In this document: in pieces, positions 24,358 to 27,156 of the stretch | How the letters are laid out: each line of letters starts with the position of its first letter | Position numbering within the stretch: position 1 is the first letter of the stretch | IMG/VR virus record: IMGVR_UViG_3300049049_000183 | Location: 1-27,156 of that record | Origin: a virus | Lineage: Duplodnaviria; Caudoviricetes | DNA length: 27,156 bases | Reading direction: 5' to 3' (one strand) | The notes under the pieces: generated by a model | Seen by the model: the letters and a program-made list of their open reading frames with translations, nothing else | What the model was told of the DNA's origin: nothing | Database searches by the model: none | Made by a program: the position numbers and the translations under genes

Positions 24358-26439
24358 TCAGTGCGCCATCTTTGCGATGAGCGCCTTCCAATCGCGCTTG
24401 CCAGGTGTAGCGACGGCAGCAGACTTGGCCGGTGGTGGAGCTTCAGTGGGTGGCGGACTGGGGGCCGGAGGTGTGGGCGGGGCGACTGGTGGCGCAGCGG
24501 GCGCGTTCAGCTGCCCAGGGGCGCGCGTGGCCGGCTCTGCCGACGCCCTGGGCTCTACATGTGCCGGCGTCGCCGCTGGAGGGGTCGGTTCAGCTGCGGT
24601 GTCCGCGGGTGCCTGGGCGGTCTTCGCCGCGGCTGCGCGGTCCAACTTCAGCCCCATGTGGGTGAGGCCGCATAGCGCGGCGTAGGCATAGACCCGGCAG
24701 TCGAGCGCTTCATTGGCGCGGCCGTTCGGCAGCACCCACACGCGGAACGTCTGGCCAGCCACGGTCTTGGGGATGAGCTTCTCGGCGGTGAGCTGGGCGT
24801 AGTAGCCCTCGCTGCGACCGACAGGGAAGTGCATGTAGCCGGGGCCTGGCTCCCTGAGGTGCAGACGCTGGCGGATGACGTCCTTGGCCGAGTTGACGCC
24901 GATGATGATGGGGCGGTATGTCGACTTGGTCTTCTTGCTGGGGCGCTTGGTTGGCCACACCGGCGAGCGCTGGCCGTTGCGGGCAGACTCGCCCTTGATG
25001 GCGTAGCACCTGCGGCCAATGTTCTTCTTCGACCATGCGTAGACCGCCTGCGTGTGGTGGCCGCCGGAGTCGATACACGTCGCGCTGACGTTGAAGCGCT
25101 GGCCGTCGGCGCCCTCGTAGACAGCTTGCAGCAGTTCGTCGAGCTGGGCTTGCACGAGGGGGTCAGAGAACTCCCCGTCAATGACGTAGTAGCCGACGGA
25201 CCAGGACTCTTCTGCAGCTCCCCACCCGACGAGCTCGACCTCAACTCGGTAGTCCTGCACGTCGACGCCGGCGGTGAGGATGCCTGTGCCGTTCGGGACT
25301 GTGTGGAGGTAGACCTCGGCGCGGGCGGCCAGCTCGCTCTCGTTCAGCGGGCGCTCGCCGACGTCCTCGTAGGTCTCTCCGAGGACCGTGTTGACGAAGG
25401 TCTTGCGGGTGAGCGGGTCGTCCTTGACCGCCAGCCACTCCTTCACCAGCAGCGGCCAGGCCGCTTTGGGGAAGAGGCTGTAGGCTGACCAGATGTGGAA
25501 GCCAGCGTGCCCTTTGAAGGGCTTGCTTGCTCGCCACTCGCCGAGCTTGATGATGTCGTGCTTGTCGGAGTCGTAGAAGATACAGCCGTTGTGCTTGCAG
25601 ACGTAGTAGGCCGTCTCGTAGAGTCCGTTGCCCTCCTCGTCGCAATCCCACTTCAGGCCATGCGCGGAGTCGGGGCCGCCCCACTCAAGGACCTGGTATT
25701 CACCGCAGTGCGGGCAGGGCACCCAGTAGCGGCGCTGGTCAGACTCCAGGTAGCTTTTCTCGATGCGGGACTCGCCCTTGGTCGTTGGCGTGGAACCCAG
25801 GATGATTTTGGAGTTCCAGAACGTCTCCGCCCGCTTCTTGCCAAGCGAGATTTGGTCGCCTTCGTCGCCGGCGCCGGCCTTCGGGTAGCCGTCGACCTCG
25901 TCGAACTCGACGATGCGACAGGTGATTCGCCTGAAGCCCCCAGGGCTGTTTGCACCGACGAACTTGATGCTCGCGCCATTGCGGAAAGACCGGCTGAGCA
26001 GCGTCTGCTTGGAGTCCTTCGCCTTGAGGTCGCCTGTGAGCTCTGCGAGGACCGGCGTGTCCCGCAACATCGGCTCGATTTCAGTGCTGGAGTAGCCTTC
26101 GGCGTCCTCCACGCGAGGCTGCACCACCAGGATGGGCGAAGGGTCCTGGTGGATGTAGTAGCCGATGATGTGGTCGAGCATCTTCGTATAGCCGACGCGG
26201 GCCGCCTTGATAACCGTGACCATCTCGACGGTCGGGTCAGTGACCGCATCCATCATTCCGTCCTGATAGGGGAACGAGCGGAAGCGCCCGGTGTCGGCGC
26301 TGGTTTCGCGGGACAGGACGGCATACGTGTTCGCCCACTGGCTCAGGGTCAGCTTTGGGGGCGGCGCCAGGTTCTTCCGAACCGCATCGCGGGTCAGAGC
26401 TTTGAGGGTCGCCAGGCCACGTGCATAGGCGCTAGTCAC
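24358..26439 (-). CDS. Terminase large subunit (lambda gpA family)
   Basis: KAARVGYTK Walker-A variant, DEVDGYP, STPT, VPCPHCG, LTAGVDVQ, CIDSGGH, NEALDC; Pro/Ala-rich C-tail. Confidence 0.97.
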   Translation of the reverse strand: MTSAYARGLATLKALTRDAVRKNLAPPPKLTLSQWANTYAVLSRETSADTGRFRSFPYQDGMMDAVTDPTVEMVTVIKAARVGYTKMLDHIIGYYIHQDPSPILVVQPRVEDAEGYSSTEIEPMLRDTPVLAELTGDLKAKDSKQTLLSRSFRNGASIKFVGANSPGGFRRITCRIVEFDEVDGYPKAGAGDEGDQISLGKKRAETFWNSKIILGSTPTTKGESRIEKSYLESDQRRYWVPCPHCGEYQVLEWGGPDSAHGLKWDCDEEGNGLYETAYYVCKHNGCIFYDSDKHDIIKLGEWRASKPFKGHAGFHIWSAYSLFPKAAWPLLVKEWLAVKDDPLTRKTFVNTVLGETYEDVGERPLNESELAARAEVYLHTVPNGTGILTAGVDVQDYRVEVELVGWGAAEESWSVGYYVIDGEFSDPLVQAQLDELLQAVYEGADGQRFNVSATCIDSGGHHTQAVYAWSKKNIGRRCYAIKGESARNGQRSPVWPTKRPSKKTKSTYRPIIIGVNSAKDVIRQRLHLREPGPGYMHFPVGRSEGYYAQLTAEKLIPKTVAGQTFRVWVLPNGRANEALDCRVYAYAALCGLTHMGLKLDRAAAAKTAQAPADTAAEPTPPAATPAHVEPRASAEPATRAPGQLNAPAAPPVAPPTPPAPSPPPTEAPPPAKSAAVATPGKRDWKALIAKMAH

Positions 26440-27043
26440 GATGCGCGACCGCGCTCAGTGCGTCGGTGATGGCCTCTAACAGCGCGTCCTGCAGCTCCTG
26501 CGCTGTTTTGAGGAGGACGAGGCGTGAGGCCTTCTCGGCCGGGATTGCCAGGAGCCGGGTGCGAACGGCGGCGAGCTCTGCGCCGAACACGGCGGCGACC
26601 TCGGACGCCAGCACGACCATGCCGCTCTTGGTGTCGTACTCGAGCTGCTTGAGGAGGCCGGCATAGCGGGTGTTGCGGGCCTTCGAGGCGTTGAAGGATT
26701 CGTCAGCCGTCGCCTCGGCCAGGCGTGCGGCGTATTCGGCAGTGGTCTCGCCTTCCAGGCGCTCCAGGTCGAGCGTCGGGTCAGGCGCCGTCGCTTCGTT
26801 AACCAAAGCGGTTGACGCGTCAACGCCGGCGGCGGCAGCCTTCGCCGCGGCTGACTTGCCACGGTTGATGGGCCGCGTCGTGTCGCGGTTCTTTTCCAGC
26901 ATCGCCATCGAACGCGCGATGTCGACCTTCCCCTCTGGGGTCACCATGATTTTTCCGGCGTTCGCCCATTTCGTGACGGCTGCGCGCGTCACGCCGATGC
27001 GCTTGGCGAATTCGGCCTTCGAGCAGTAGGCTGGGTCGGACAT
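26432..27043 (-). CDS. Terminase small subunit (Nu1-like)
   Basis: N-terminal HTH (SKAEFAKRIGVTRAAVTKW), G.VV..EV...VRTRLLAIP; overlaps the terL start. Confidence 0.9.
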   Translation of the reverse strand: MSDPAYCSKAEFAKRIGVTRAAVTKWANAGKIMVTPEGKVDIARSMAMLEKNRDTTRPINRGKSAAAKAAAAGVDASTALVNEATAPDPTLDLERLEGETTAEYAARLAEATADESFNASKARNTRYAGLLKQLEYDTKSGMVVLASEVAAVFGAELAAVRTRLLAIPAEKASRLVLLKTAQELQDALLEAITDALSAVAHRD

Positions 27044-27092
27044 TGAGATGCGCTGTTAACTGAACACAAAAGTTGTGTAGCTAGCGACGCAT

Positions 27093-27137
27093 CACGGCGC
27101 GCAAATGCCCGCAGGGAATCCAGGTGTGGAAGGACCC
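27093..27137 (-). other. Putative cos packaging site (cosQ-like GGGTCCT plus downstream cosN-like imperfect dyad)
   Basis: Minus strand GGGTCCT at 27137-27131 (identical to lambda cosQ), then about 20 nt later GCGG-GCATTTGCGCG-CCGT, upstream of terS. Confidence 0.6.
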
Positions 27138-27156
27138 GCGGCACCCGGGGTAGGGT

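Larger units (their letters stand above)
308..27156 (-). mobile_element. Prophage (lambda-like head, Mu-like contractile tail) integrated in the tRNA-Ile2 anticodon loop; continues beyond the window
   Basis: Continuous minus-strand morphogenesis operon from terS to tail fibres; abrupt break of the tRNA at CTCATAA; att-arm-like repeats at 400-418. Integrase not in window. Confidence 0.92.

Noticed and set aside
26187-26197. Possible further copy of the late-gene motif (GTCGGCTATAC) inside terL
   Set aside because: It lacks the conserved T at position 3, is far from any start codon and is explained by the Walker-A codons VGYT.

Overview
GC-rich betaproteobacterial-type locus. After the 3' end of host hrcA comes only the 5' half of a host tRNA-Ile2(CAU) gene (276-314), cut at the anticodon loop. 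The rest of the window is one end of a prophage (about 315 to beyond 27156). On the minus strand it carries a lambda-type head and packaging module (cos-like site, terS, terL, gpW, portal, S49 protease, decoration, capsid) and a Mu-type contractile tail module. The main result is that the prophage does not repair the host tRNA at this junction. Instead, about 550 bp inside, it carries its own complete but highly non-canonical CAU tRNA (862-899 + 1105-1154; long variable arm, A8/U14 swap). This tRNA is split in the anticodon loop by a 205-nt Azoarcus-type self-splicing group I intron (900-1104). It sits behind a LexA-box-associated ORF and faces a DUF3644/HEPN-like RNase gene. Other observations: a strand-specific 11-bp motif (GGTnSCTAYAC) about 30 nt upstream of many late genes, a P2-like -1 frameshift in the tail chaperone, a relocated and chimeric gp46 next to a second fibre, and a two-gene secreted-protein moron. 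Protein family calls come from motif recognition only; no database search was run.
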